Below, piece by piece: positions 24,295-37,129 of a stretch of 64,000 nt of DNA; the first letter of the stretch is position 1, and the number at the start of each line of letters is the position of its first letter. The notes under the pieces were generated by a model, which searched no databases, was not told the DNA's origin, and was given only the letters and a program-made list of their open reading frames with translations. Both the position numbers and the translations under genes were made by a program. Source of the stretch: Mobula hypostoma (lineage: Eukaryota); the NCBI RefSeq assembly GCF_963921235.1, contig NC_086097.1, positions 166,286,001 to 166,350,000 on the forward strand, given 5' to 3'.

Positions 24295-26470
24295 ACATAG
24301 AAAACCTACAGTACAATACAGGCCCTTTGGCCAACAAAGCTGTGCCAAACATGTCCTTACCTTAGAACTACCTAGGCTTACCCATAGCCCTCTATTTTTC
24401 TAAGCTCCATGTACCTACCCAGGAGTCTCTTAAAAGACCCTATCGTATCTGCCTCCACCAGCACTGCCAGCAGCCCATTCCACGCACTCACCACTCTGCG
24501 TAAAAAACTTACCCCTGACATCTAATCTGTACCTACTGCCAAGCACCTTAAACTATGCCCTCTAGTGCTAGCCATTTCAGCCCTGAGAAAAAGCCTCTGA
24601 CTATCCACATGAAATTGATGAACTATATTTGAATCACTAACTTTCCTTCTCACTAACAGAGCAATTGAACATTTAGAATTTCTTATGTTTTACTTCTGGT
24701 TTCTGTCATCTGTAGTGTTTTGTTTTTCAGGTTTAGACATTCCACCCAAAGTGGCACCACAGCAGATATAGTTTTCCATTGACATGGACTAAATGGGCCG
24801 AAGGACATTTCTGTGCTGTAGTGTTCGATGACTCAATTCCTCTATACTAGTTCAGGGAATGGAAAGCGGGGTGAGGGGTTGATTTGCCTCTTTGGAAGTC
24901 TCACTCATTTTCGCATAAAAACATACCAGATCACAAGACCATACGACCATACAACCATACAACTTAGAGGCAGCATCAGCCCACTTGGCCCATTGAGTCT
25001 GCTCTGCCATTTAATCATGACTGATCCATTATCCCTCTCGATCCCACTCTCTGCTTTCTTCCTGTAATCTTTGATGCCCTGACTAACCAAGAACCTATCA
25101 ACCTTTACTTTAAATATACCCAATGAATTGGCCTCCACAGCCATCTGTGGCAATGACTTCCACAGTTCTGACACTCTCTGGCTTAAAAAATTCCTCCTCA
25201 TCTCTGTTCAGAATAGATATTCCTCTATTCTGAGGCTGTGCCCTCAGGTCCAACACTCACCTACTATAGGAAACACCCTCTCCATATCCATTCTATCTAG
25301 TATTTTCAATATTCAGTGAGATCTCCCCTGATTCTTCTAAACTTCAATGCCTTCAAATGCCCCTCATATGTTAAACCCTTTCATTCCCAGAATCATCATC
25401 GTGAACCTCCTCTGTACCATCTCCAACGCCAGCACATCTTTCCTTAGATAACAAAACTGCTCACAATACTCCAAATGCAGTATGACCAATACCTTATAAA
25501 GACTCAGCATTACATCCTTGCTTTTATCATAGAAATTATAGAAATCTACAGCACATTACAGGCCCTTTGGCCCACAATGTTGTGCCAACTATGTAGCCTA
25601 CTCTAGAAACTGTCTAGAATCCCCCTATTGCATAGCCCTCTATTTTTTCTAAGCTTCATGTGCCTATTTAAGAGTCTCTTAAAAGACCTTATTGTATCCA
25701 CCTCTACCACCTTCACTGGCAGTGCATTCCATGCACCCCACTACTCTCTGTGTAAAAAAACTTACCTCTGACATCCCCCTTGTACCTACTTCCAAGCACC
25801 TTAAACTCTACTCTAGTTCTCTTGAAATAAATGCTAACATTGTATTTGCCTTCCTTACCACCAACTCAGCCTTCAAGTTGAGCTGCCAGACGAGGTGGTA
25901 AATGTGGGTTTTTTTTAACATTTAAAAATAAATTGGACAGATACATGGATGGGAGGTGTATGGAGGGATATGGTCCATGTGCAGGTCAGTGGAACTAGGC
26001 AGAAAATGGTTCGGCACAGCCAAGAAGGGCCAAAAGGCCTGTTTCTGTGCTGTAGTTTCTATGTAAATCTATGTAAATTAACTTTTAAGAAATCCTACAT
26101 GAGTCTCCCAAGTCCCTTTGCACCTCTGACTTTTGAGTTTTCTCCCTGTTTAGAAAATAGTCTATGCCTTTATTCTTTCTACCAATGTGCACGATCATAT
26201 ACTTCCCTACACTATATTCCATCTGCCAATTCTTTGCCCATTCTCGCAATCTGCCTAAGTCCTTCTGCAGACTCCTTGCTTTCTCAACACTATCTTATCC
26301 TCCACCTTTGTTTGTATCATCCGCAAACTTGACCACAAAGCCATCAATTCCACCATCCAAATCATCGACATATAACATGAAAGGAGGCAGTCCCAACACT
26401 GACCCAGCAGAACACCACTAGACACTGGCCGCCATCCAGAAAAGGCCCCGTTAACTCCCACTCTTTAGAA
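24295..26470 (-). mobile_element. Cluster of nested CR1 3' fragments
   Basis: 3' ends at 24295-24610 and 25528-25808 (catagaaa tails); main copy 24925-26465; a plus-strand 3' end at ~25880-26065. Confidence 0.8.
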
Positions 26471-27284
26471 CAGAGGAGATTAAGTCGTACAGCACAGGAA
26501 CAGGTCCTTTTGCCAACAATGTTGTTCCAAGCTAATTAAGTGCCGAACTGACCTAATGATTTCTGCCTGCATAATGTCCATATCTCTCTCTTCTCAGCAC
26601 ATACGGTAAGAGCCTCTTAAACACCTCATATCTGTTCCCACTGCCATTCCTGGCAGTGTATTCCACACACATTATGCTTGTTCTCCTTCCCAATGGAATA
26701 CTGACAGAGTGAACTGCTTATTTATCATACACCTGGGTAGGAGTGAATTCAAACATTTCTTCTCATTGGAGCCATATTAAACTAGTAATTAACACAACAA
26801 TAAATACAATGACAAATGCAAATCAAGGGAAAAACATAAAGACAGCAGTGCAATCTGGAGTAGTGGAAAAGAACATGCTGAAATGACACTAATTTAAGAG
26901 TAGAATTACAGTTTGAGAATATCTCAGCACCACCAGGGAGAGGACGTGAAAGAGGTGATTGGTTCAGATGTTTGATGGTGATGCAGCTGATTTTGAGTCT
27001 GGTTGTCTGTACATTCAACTCATGTAACTCCTCCTATCAGGTAGAAGAGAGGAATGGGAATGGTCAGCATGGTAGTCGTCCCTGACAATTACTGTAGGTC
27101 TTCCTGATGCAATGCACCGAGAAAATGGACATTGGAATAGGAGCATAATATGCAGACCCATAATTCTGACTTTCTATTTGTTAAATCAATTCAAAGCTAA
27201 TCTGTACCTAATCTAGTCATAGCTTGGCACCTTTTCCCAACTACAATCTGTCAACTCCAATTTCCCATGTCCTTTTGCAGGAAT

Positions 27285-28215
27285 AAAATTCTAGGTTGTA
27301 AAGAATGCTTTTGGCACATTGGCCTTCAGAAATCAAATTATTGAGTACAGGAGCAGGGATGTTATATTGAAGTTTTATAAGATGTAGGTGAGGCCTAATT
27401 TAGAGTATTGTGTGCAGTTCTGCTCACCTACCTGAAAGAAAGATATTAATAAGATTGAAAGAGTACAGAGAAAATTTACGAGAATGTTGCCGGATGTGAG
27501 TACCTGAGTTATAGTGAAAGGTTGAATGAGTTAGGATTTTTCACTCTGGAGCATAGAAGAATGAGGGGAGATTTAATTGAGGTATATGAAATTATGAAGG
27601 GTATAATTATGGTAAATGCAAGCAAACTTTTTCTACTGAGGTTGGGTGAGACTGGAACTAGAAGTCATAGGTTAAGGGTGAAAGGTGAAATATTTAAAGG
27701 GCATACTGGGGGAACTTCTTCAGTCAGAGGGTTATGAAAGTGTGGAATGAGTTGCCAGCAAAATGATAGATGCGGGTTTGATTTCACTATTTAAGAGAAA
27801 TTTGGATGAGTACATGGATAGGAGGAGTTTGAACGACTATGGTCAGGTGCAGGTCGGGGGGACGAGGTAGAATAATAGTTTAACATGGTCTAGATGGGCT
27901 GAAGCACCTGTTTCTGTGCTCCAGTGCTCTATGACTATCACTCCATGACTTTTGGTTTAGTGTGAAAGGTGAAATATTTAAGTGAAATCTAAGGGGGGGA
28001 TTCTTCTTTCAGAGCGTGGTGTAATTGTGGAACAAGCTGTCAGGGAAGTGGTTGATGTGAGTTCATTTGTAATATTTAAGAGAAGTTTGGATAGCTACTT
28101 GGATGAGAGAGGGATGGAGGGCTATGGTCCAGGCATAGGTAGATGGAACTTGACAGAAAATAAGTTTGCATGAACTAGATTTGCCAAAGGGCTTGCTTCT
28201 GTGGTACTCTATGAC
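27285..28215 (+). mobile_element. Two tandem CR1 3' fragments
   Basis: ORF 27522..27737 LGFFTLEHRRMRGDLIEVYEIMKG; the tail restarts at ~27960. Confidence 0.8.
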
Positions 28216-28779
28216 TTTAATAATAACTTTAATAAATTCTTCTCTGGAACTTGAGTTCAATAATATCTATTGATATTTCTTCATTCCTACTTTTGTGACC
28301 TCCTCAAAAATGTAACTAAAATAGGCAAACAAAGTCCAAACTCAGGAGATCAAAATTGGCACATATTTTCCTGCATGCCTGGTTTTTAATGTTAAACTAC
28401 TGAACCACATGAGGGTGTTCATCCTGGGTGTAACATTAAGGATTACTTGCGGTTCTTTTTCATTAAAACTGTTTCTCTAAACTTGTAAAGTAAGTTGTTA
28501 AGAAGTTTAACAGACTTGAGGTTCTTAAATTATAATTTAGTTTATGCCAGTTTTTTCTCTGTTTTAGATATGTCAGTTCATGCTGAGTTGTTCAGGCTGG
28601 GGGTAGTAATGTCTGGCAGGAAACACAAGAGTGAAAGGAGTTTAAAAATTCTCTTGGTAAAACCTGTGGCTTCAACACCTAAGAAAAATAAACAGATCTG
28701 TTTTGTGTCACAGCCAGTCCACTTTTCAACTCCTCAGCAAAGGGAAATTTATTTTTGGACAAGGAACTTGAATACGCTG

Positions 28780-30270
28780 AAATCAAAGTTCAAAATAAAT
28801 TTATTATTAAAGCACATATATGTAACCAAACACAACCCTGAAATTCATTTTCCTGCGGGCAATCACTGTAAATAAAACAAGCATAATACAATTAATGAAA
28901 GACTGCACTCAACAGCACAGACAAACAAGGCAACGAACTGTGCAAATACAAAAAGGAAGAAAAACAAAATAATAGTAATCACAATAACTAAATAAATATA
29001 TATATAGACAGATAGGTGATAAATAAATAAATTTTATTTATTACTTTCTCCACTTCTGATCCTGTGATCAGGACTGGCTCATGGACCTCTGGTTTCCTCC
29101 TCCTGAAGTCAATAATCATCTCCCTGGTCTGGCTCACTTTGAGTAAAAAGGTTGTTGTTATGGCACCACTCAGCCACATTTTCAATCCGTCTCCAATATG
29201 CTGATTCGTCACCAACTTCAGTTCAGTCAATGACAGTGGTGTCATTAGCAGATTTAAATATGGCATTGGAGCTGCGCTTAGCCTCACAGTCATAGTAAAG
29301 ACATAGCAAGTAAAACAGGGGCTAAGCACACAGCCTAGATTGTGGAGGAGATGCTGTTGCCAATCTGAACTGATCAGGGTCTGCAAGTGAGGAAATCGAG
29401 GATTCAGTTGCACAAGGAGGTATTGTAGCCTAGTTCTTGAAGTTTATCAATTTGTTTTGAAGGGACGGTAGTATTGAATGCCAAGCTGTAGTCAATGAAG
29501 AGTACCCTAATATATGCATTTTTGTTGTCCAGATGTTCCAGGGTGGAGTGAAGAGCCAATGAAATGGCATTTGCTGCGGTCCTGCTGCGCAGGTAGTCAA
29601 ATTAGAGGTGATCGAAGTCGCTTCTTGGGCAGGGGTCGATATGTTTTATCCTCTCAAAGCACTTCATCACAATGGATAGAGGTGCTACTGGATGATAGTC
29701 ATTGAGGTAGGTTACCACATTCTGCTTTGACACTGGTATAATTGAAGTCTGCTTGAAACAGGTGGGTACCTCAGACTGCTGAAGTGAGAGAATCAAAGAT
29801 ATCAGTGAACATCCTAGCTAGTTGATTCATTGAGGTTTACAGTATGTGACCAGGTACCCCATCTGTATATTTAGATACCTTCCTGAAGGATGCCCTTATG
29901 TCGATCTCAGATACTGAAATTACTGGTTCATCAGGGGCTGTAGGAGTTCACAAAGATCCCGTCATGTTTTGGCGGTCAAAGTGAGCATGAAAGGCATTCA
30001 GCATATCTGGAAACAAAGCATTGTTGGCCCCTATGTCGCTTGGTTTCACTTTGTAGGATTTGATAGCATTCAAGCCCTGTCACACCCATTGAGTTTCCTT
30101 AAATGATTCCAGTTTGGTCCAGAATTAACGCTTCACGCGAGAGATGGCTTTCCAGAGATTGTACCTGGAATTCTTGTATTTAACTTGGTCACCAGACCTG
30201 AATGCCTATGATCTGGCTCTCGGAAGATTGCAGATTTCATGGTTCATCCAGGGCTTCACATTTGTTTACG
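28780..30270 (-). mobile_element. Rex1/Babar-like LINE, internally deleted
   Basis: SLQQSEVPTCFKQTSIIPVSK..LNDYHPVA..MKCFER; QTREMIIDFRR; 3' tail aatcaaagttcaaa near 28780. Confidence 0.8.
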
Positions 30271-31073
30271 ACTGCTCCATAAATGGAATTCGTGAATTTG
30301 CTCGGCTGTGCCAAAAACTGCCCACTATCATGAAAGAGAGCACTATTCTGCAAAGATGGTCACTGGTGTTTACAAATAAATATAGTAACACACCAAGCAG
30401 TTCAAGATCACATGTTAAAATAGACAAATTCATCAGTATGCAATGTAACATGAGACAAAGCTCTCAACTTAACTGTGAAGAAATACAAAATTTCTTCCAG
30501 GATCAATATGCTACCAAGAATGAGATGAGAGACTCAATGCTACCTGGATACTAGTGATGTAAAATCATTACATCACATTTGAAGATTTGATTTAATCTCA
30601 CCTTCCTAAACAATTTATGATTATTGTAAGTCTATAGTTTGGAATCCATAGTTCCTTTCTAGTTCTGGCTGTGTTGTAAGGCAATTGGCTGCTTTGTTCC
30701 ACAAGAGCGCTCTCGTGTTTAATTTAGAGGTTTACAAAGTATGGTTCAACAAACAATCTGCTGGAGAAACTCAGCAGGTCAAGCAGTATCTGTGGGAGGA
30801 AGGGAATTATCGATGTTTTGGGTCAAAACCTTGAATCAAGACGATAAAACAGCTCTGAAAGCCACAAGGAACAAGATAGCAGTGGAGGCGAATACTGAGA
30901 AAGGATGCATGGTTGGAGTAATAAGTCTTGGTAAGAATGTGATAAAAAAGCTGGAGAGCAGTAGAAACCACAGAGAGGGAGCAATAAGACAGGCTCTCAC
31001 TTTGAGAGCTTTGTGATGGTTTTGATCTCAATGCTTGTGACGGTTTTGATAAGGAAACATTCAAAGTCACTTG

Positions 31074-31114
31074 CTACTACTACGTTGACTCAGACCTAGG
31101 GGGCCGGCGTTGGG
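31074..31114 (-). mobile_element. 41-bp extreme 5'-truncated LINE 3' end
   Basis: (GTA)n tail on the minus strand; 6-bp direct repeat CACTTG at 31068-31073 and 31115-31120. Confidence 0.5.
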
Positions 31115-32999
31115 CACTTGGGGCCTGCATAAAGATAAAGAAAATCAATGTTAGAAAAATAATCAAACACTAACATTTGCCTAAGAGGGGTTCTTTGCTG
31201 GCGGATGGGTTAATATACTGGACTCATAATCCAGAGGCCTGGGCTCCAATATTTCAGTTCATTCCCACCTTAAAATCTGTGGAATTTAAAATCAATTTTA
31301 AATAACAAGTCAACTGTACTGCTCTAAATAAAACTCATTGGATTCACTAACACCTTTACTAGGACTAGCCTATATGTTAGTCCAGTTCCAAAGCATTAAC
31401 TCTTAATGCCATCAGACAGGAGGAACAGGAGCCTCAAGTCCCTCAACACCGGCGCAGGAACAGCTACTTTTCCCATAACTGACCTGCACATCCCATTTCC
31501 TATCTTAGCATCAGGACACTACAGACCCCCTCTTGCACTATCAACTCATCATGTATCCCATGTGCCTTAAACCTATGGGTCAAACCTCTGGAATCTCCAG
31601 CAAGCCATCCATTTAAAGGGCAATTAGAGACAGGGAATAACTTCTGCAAATTTTTAATGGACAAATCAAAACAATTTGAAATGCAGGAAAGTTGAAAGGA
31701 AGTTCAAATGACAATTAACCAAATTTAAAGCCATTTTTCCCTTTCACTTGAAAGACTGAATTGACTGTATGAGGTTTCAGTAGAGGACTTCCCATCTTGA
31801 ACTGAGAAATCTGTAGAAGCTCCCACTGCCTTGTTCTGTTCAACTCAAAGACTGTAAAGCAGGTGCTCTGCTGAGAGAAAGACGCAACTCAGGAATGCCC
31901 TACTGGAAATGTGAACAGTTCTCTTTCCACAGATGCTGTTTGACCTGCTGAGTGTTTCCAGAAATTTCTAATTTTTTTTTCAGGTTTTCAGCATCTTCAG
32001 CAACAATCTGTTGGACTATGTCAAAGAGGCCGAGTAGCATCAGTCGAGGGAAAGGAATTGTTGATATTTCAGGTCACGGGCCCTGCAGTTGGGACCACAC
32101 AGAAGTTGCCTGACCCACTGGCTTCCTCCAGTAGATTACTGTTGACCCATAGTCCAGCATTTGCAGTCTTCTGTGCCTTCGTTCAGGCATCTCCAGGTTT
32201 TATTTGACTTACAATTAATGACTCTGCAGAAGATTTGCCCCAAAGATTCGGAGATATATGTCAGCTGGAAAATTTAGATGACTATCTGAAATGAACACTA
32301 ATGGCAAACTGGTGTAACCAGATTATCACTCAAATAAAAATCACGAGGTCATTAAGGTATCCTTTAGGAAGGAAAAACACAAAATAAAAGTCTGCTCTCC
32401 CTTCAGAACCATAACTATGTGATTGATTCTTAATTGGCTTGTGAAACATGTAAACTTGCTAATCAATTCCAAGGAGAATAAAGGTCTACAATAATAAACT
32501 GATCTAAATTAAATCTCGTAATAGAATGTTTGTATCGAACACTTCTGGATTCTTTTGAGGAACATAGTTTTGTACTGTTTAGTTCTGTTCTATATAGACT
32601 TTAACAAAACATTTGACAAGATCCTTCATGGCAGACCAGTTCAGAAGATTAGGTCACATGTTCAATCTATAAATTTCATCCTAAATTACCATAGAAAACA
32701 GAGGGTTGTGGTGGAGGAGTTATTAGCTATATACAGTGCCTACAAAAAGTATACACCCGCCCCTCCCCCCCGCCCAACGTTGGAAGTTTTCATGTTTTAT
32801 TGTTTTACAACATTGAATCACAATGAAATTAAATTGGCTTTTTTGATACTGATCAATAGAAAAGACTCCTTCGTGTCAATGTGAAAACAAATTTCTACTA
32901 ATTGATCTAAATATATTCCGATTATTAAACACGAAAGAATTGATTGCATAATTATTTACCCCTTCAAGTCAGTATTTAGTAGATACACCTTTGGCAGCA

Positions 33000-34816
33000 A
33001 TTACAACCTTAAGTCTGTGTGGATAGGTATTTATTTATCAGCTTTGTACATCTGGACATCGCAATTTTTCCCCATTCTTATCTACAAAACTGCTCAAGCT
33101 CTATCAGATTGGATGGGGATCGTGAGTGAACAGCCCTTTTCAAGTCCAGCTGCAAATTCACAATTGGTTTAAGGTCTGAACTCTGACTTGGCCACTCCAT
33201 GTCATTAACTTTGTTGTTTTTAAGCCACTCTTCTGAAGCTTTGGCTTTATGCCTGGGGTCATTGTCTTGCTGGAAAACAAATCTTCTCCTAAGTTGCAGT
33301 TTTCTTGCAGACTGCAACAGGTTTTCCTCCAGGCTCTCCCTGTATTTTGCTGCATTCATTTTGCCCTCTACCTTCACAAGCTTTCCAGGGCCTGCTGCAG
33401 TGAAGCTTCCCCACAGCATGATGCAGCCACCACCATGCTTCACAGTAGGGATGGTGTGTTTCTGATGATGTGCAGTGTTTGGGTTAAGCCAAACATAGCG
33501 TTTAGTCTGATGGCCAAAAAGCTCAATTTTGGTTTCATCAGACCATAGGACCTTCTTCCAGCTGACTTCAGAGTCTCCCACATGCCTTCTGACAAACTCT
33601 AACAGAGGATTTTATATGAGTTTTTCTCAACAGTGGCTTTCTCTTTGCCACTTTCCCATAAAGCTGTGACTGATGAAGCACTCAGTCAACAGTTGTTGTA
33701 TTCACAGTCTCTCCCATCTCAGCCACTGAAGCTTGTAACGCCTCTGGAGTCATCATAGGTCTCTTGGTGGCCTCCCTCATGTTACATACTTCATAGAAGT
33801 CTTGTGACTGTCTTATGAGGATGATGTAATGGTCTTGCGGAGGTCACATGATGTCATTTTCCCGCCGGTGAGGTCACATGATGACCTGTTCTCAACGGGT
33901 ATATAAAAGAGACTCCTGATGTGACGCAGTTAGGGTTTTCAGTTTAGTTTTGTATTAGATACTCCATTTTTGCTGCATATTTGGCTGATGGTGCAGTTTT
34001 GTTTTAAAGTGGAGTTTTACTTTCTATTATAAGTAGTATTGGAGAATGAAGACCTTAGTAAAATTCAGGAATTCGCCGAGTCAAGTAAACTTGGTGTCGT
34101 TCGGCAGTTTCATAAAGGATCGACCTTATTGATTCTTCGATCGAGAGATAATGACCTGCATCTGAGATAACTCCTGCCAAAAGAGAAAGGAAGTTTGTGC
34201 AAGGTTCGCGCGCCAGGAAAAAGGTCAGTCCCTTTTAAGCCGTTTACGTCCTTCGTCGTGAATCCTGCGGACAAGGTAGGTTCCAGCTGGGATCAGTAGT
34301 AACGACACATCTTCAAGGAATTCTTTACTTCAGGAAAGTCTCTCCTAATTGACTGCATAAATCTCTTGGACTTTCGAATTTACCATTCTAAGAACTGTAT
34401 TCAAATTTACCACTTTAAGAACTGTTTTCGCATTTATCCTTTTAAGAACTGTTCCAGAGTTGCTGTATAGCAGTTAACTTCCGGTTAAGCTAGTCGTTTA
34501 AATACATATCGTTATTTTTGAGCGAAGTTTAATAAATGTTTGTTTGTTTTTATAAAACCTGACTCAATTCTATATTCATTGTTGCCAATCATGTGACACT
34601 CACTAGTCCCCTTCTTTCACAGTCACTCAGTTTTTGAGGACGGCCTGCTCTAGGCCGATTTGCAGCTGTGCCATATTCTTTCTACTTCTTGATGACTGAC
34701 TTAACTGTATTCCAGGGGATATTCAGAGACTTGGAAACTTTTTTGTTTCCATCTCCTGACTTGTGTTTTTCAATAACCTTTTTGCAGAGTTGCTTGGAGT
34801 GTTCTTTTGTCTTCAA
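33000..34816 (-). pseudogene. Tc1 transposase, interrupted by an LTR
   Basis: RAGRPQKL (~34630), WSDETKIELFG, KHGGGCIMLWG, FQQDNDPRH, WPSQSSDLKPIVNL (catalytic E replaced by V); apparent start codon mutated to TTG. Confidence 0.9.
33780..34598 (+). mobile_element. Solo LTR (819 bp) in the Tc1 transposase
   Basis: TGTTACA...TGTGACA termini; perfect TSD CTCA (33776-33779/34599-34602); TATATAAAA at 33900; AATAAA at 34531. Confidence 0.9.
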
Positions 34817-35865
34817 GGTGTCGTTTTTACCAAGGTACTAACTCACCAGCAGTAGGACCTTCTGGATACAGGTGTATTTTTACTAAAATCAATTGAAAAA
34901 CTTTGACTGCACATGGGTCTCCAAAAATAGTTTTCCATTTAACTAATTATGTGACTTCTAGAACCAATTGGTAGCACCAGTGATGATTTGGTGTGTCATA
35001 TTAAAGGGGGTGAATACTTATGAAATCAATTATTTTGTGTTTTCTATTTGTAATTAATTAGATCACTTTGTAAAGATCTGTTTTCACTTTGAGATGAAAG
35101 AGTCTTTTTCTGTTAATCGGCGGGTGGCAAAAAAAGCCAAATTAAATCAACTATGATTCAATGTTGTAAAACAACAGAACATGAAAACTTCCAAGGAAGG
35201 TGAATACTTTTTATAGGCATTGTGGTGATACAGTGATTAACTATAACAATAAGTTAGACAAACTTTGATAGTTTTCTCTGGAGTGTCAGGACCTGAGGTA
35301 TGACCTGATGGAAGTATATAAAATCATGAGGGGTAGATAGTCTTTTTCCCAGGGTGAAAATATCGAATATTAGTGGGTATAGGCTTAAGTTGAGAGAGGG
35401 AAACTTTGAAGGAGATATGTGAACCAAATTTTTATGCAGAGGGTGGGTAGCTGCCTAGAATACAGAGCCAGGGAAGGTGGTAGAAGAAGGTCCAACTCAT
35501 AAGCAGGCAAGGAATAGAGGGATGCAGATCATGTCCAGACAGATGGGAGTAGTTTAGATTGGATCATGGTTGGCACAGACAACGGGGTGTAGGTCTTGTT
35601 CTTGTGCTGTACTGTTCAATTTTCTATTTTGTACACCACTGCCATTTGGATGAGATATTAGTACAGAGTATTCTGTGTATTTCAACATCGTAATAGAAGA
35701 ACCTGTGGTGCAATTTGAAGAAAATGAAGGAGTGTTCCCACTGTGCTGATTTTATCTAAACTAGCATCATCAACAACAGATTGCAAAGTCATACATCATT
35801 TGGTAGTTGGAGCCTTAGAGTCACTGAACTAGGCAGCTCTTTGGCCCTCTGTGTTGATCTTATTA

Positions 35866-37125
35866 CATAGAAAACATAGAAAATATAGAAAATAGGTGCA
35901 GGAGTAGGCCATTTGGCCCTTCTAGCCTGCACCGCCATTTATTATGATCATGGCTGATCATCCAACTCAGAACCCTGCACCAGCCTTCCCTCCATAACCT
36001 CTGATCCCCCTAGCCACAAGGGCCATATCTAACTCCCTCTTAAATATAGCCAATGAACTGGCCTCAACTGTTTCCTGTGGCAGAGAATTCCACAGATTCA
36101 CCACTCTCTGTGTGAAGAAGTTTTTCCTCATCTCAGTCCTAAAAGGCTTCGCCTTTATCCTCAAACTGTGACCCCTCGTTCTGGACTTTCCTCAACATCG
36201 GGAATAATCTTCCTGCATCTAGCCTGTCCAATCCCTTTAAGATTTTATACGTTTCAATCAGATCCCCCCTCAATCTTCTAAATTCCAACGAGTACAAGCC
36301 CAGTTCATCCAGTCTTTCTTCATATGAAAGTCCTGCCATCCCAGGAATCAATCTGGTGAACCTTCTTTGTACTCTCTCTATGGCAAGGATGTCTTTCCTC
36401 AGATTAGGGGACCAAAACTGCACACAATACTCCAGGTGTGGTCTCACCAAGGCCTTGCACAACTGCAGTAGTACCTCCCTGCTCCTGTACTCGAATCCTC
36501 TTGCTATAAATGCCAGCATACCATTCGCCTTTTTCACCACCTGCTGTACCTGCATGCCCACTTTCAATGACTGGTGTATAATGACACCCAGGTCTTGTTG
36601 CACCTCCCCTTTTCCTAATCGGCCACCATTCAGATAATAATCTGTTTTCCTATTTTTGCCACCAAAGTGGATAACTTCACATTTATCCACATTAAGTTGC
36701 ATCTGCCATGAATTTGCCCACTCACCCAACCTATCCAAGTCATCCTGCATCCTCTTAGCATCCTCCTCACAGCTAACACTGCTGCCCAGCTTTGTGTCAT
36801 CCGCAAACTTAGAGATGCTGCATTTAATTCCCTCATCCAAGTCATTAATATATATTGCAAACAATTGGGGTCCCAGCACTGAGCCTTGCGGTACCCCACT
36901 AGTCACTGCCTGCCATTCTGAAAAGGTCCCGTTTATTCCCACTCTTTGCTTCCTGTCTGCTAACCAATTCTCTATCCACATCAATACCTTACCCCCGATA
37001 CCGTGTGCTTTAAGTTTGCACACTAATCTCCTGTGTGGGACCTTGTCAAAAGCCTTTTGAAAATCCAAATATACCACATCCACTGGTTCTCCCCTATCCA
37101 CTCTACTAGTTACATCCTCAAAAAA
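35866..37125 (-). mobile_element. Young 5'-truncated CR1
   Basis: 330-aa open RT ORF 36139..37131 ([23 protein letters not shown]), one frameshift near the C-terminus, catagaaaa tail. Confidence 0.95.
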
Positions 37126-37129
37126 TGAC

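Larger units (their letters stand above)
32734..35222 (-). mobile_element. Tc1-like DNA transposon with long IR/DR-type TIRs
   Basis: TA|CAGTGCCTACAAAAAGTAT ... ATACTTTTTATAGGCATTG|TG; ~220-bp imperfect TIRs with inner direct repeats; sits inside an older CR1 fragment. Confidence 0.93.

Noticed and set aside
28495..28875. 126-aa ORF and splice-like signals on both strands
   Set aside because: No recognisable homology; the ORF runs into a LINE tail.
30501..30625. AG/GT-bounded candidate exon
   Set aside because: Stops in all three frames and no other support.
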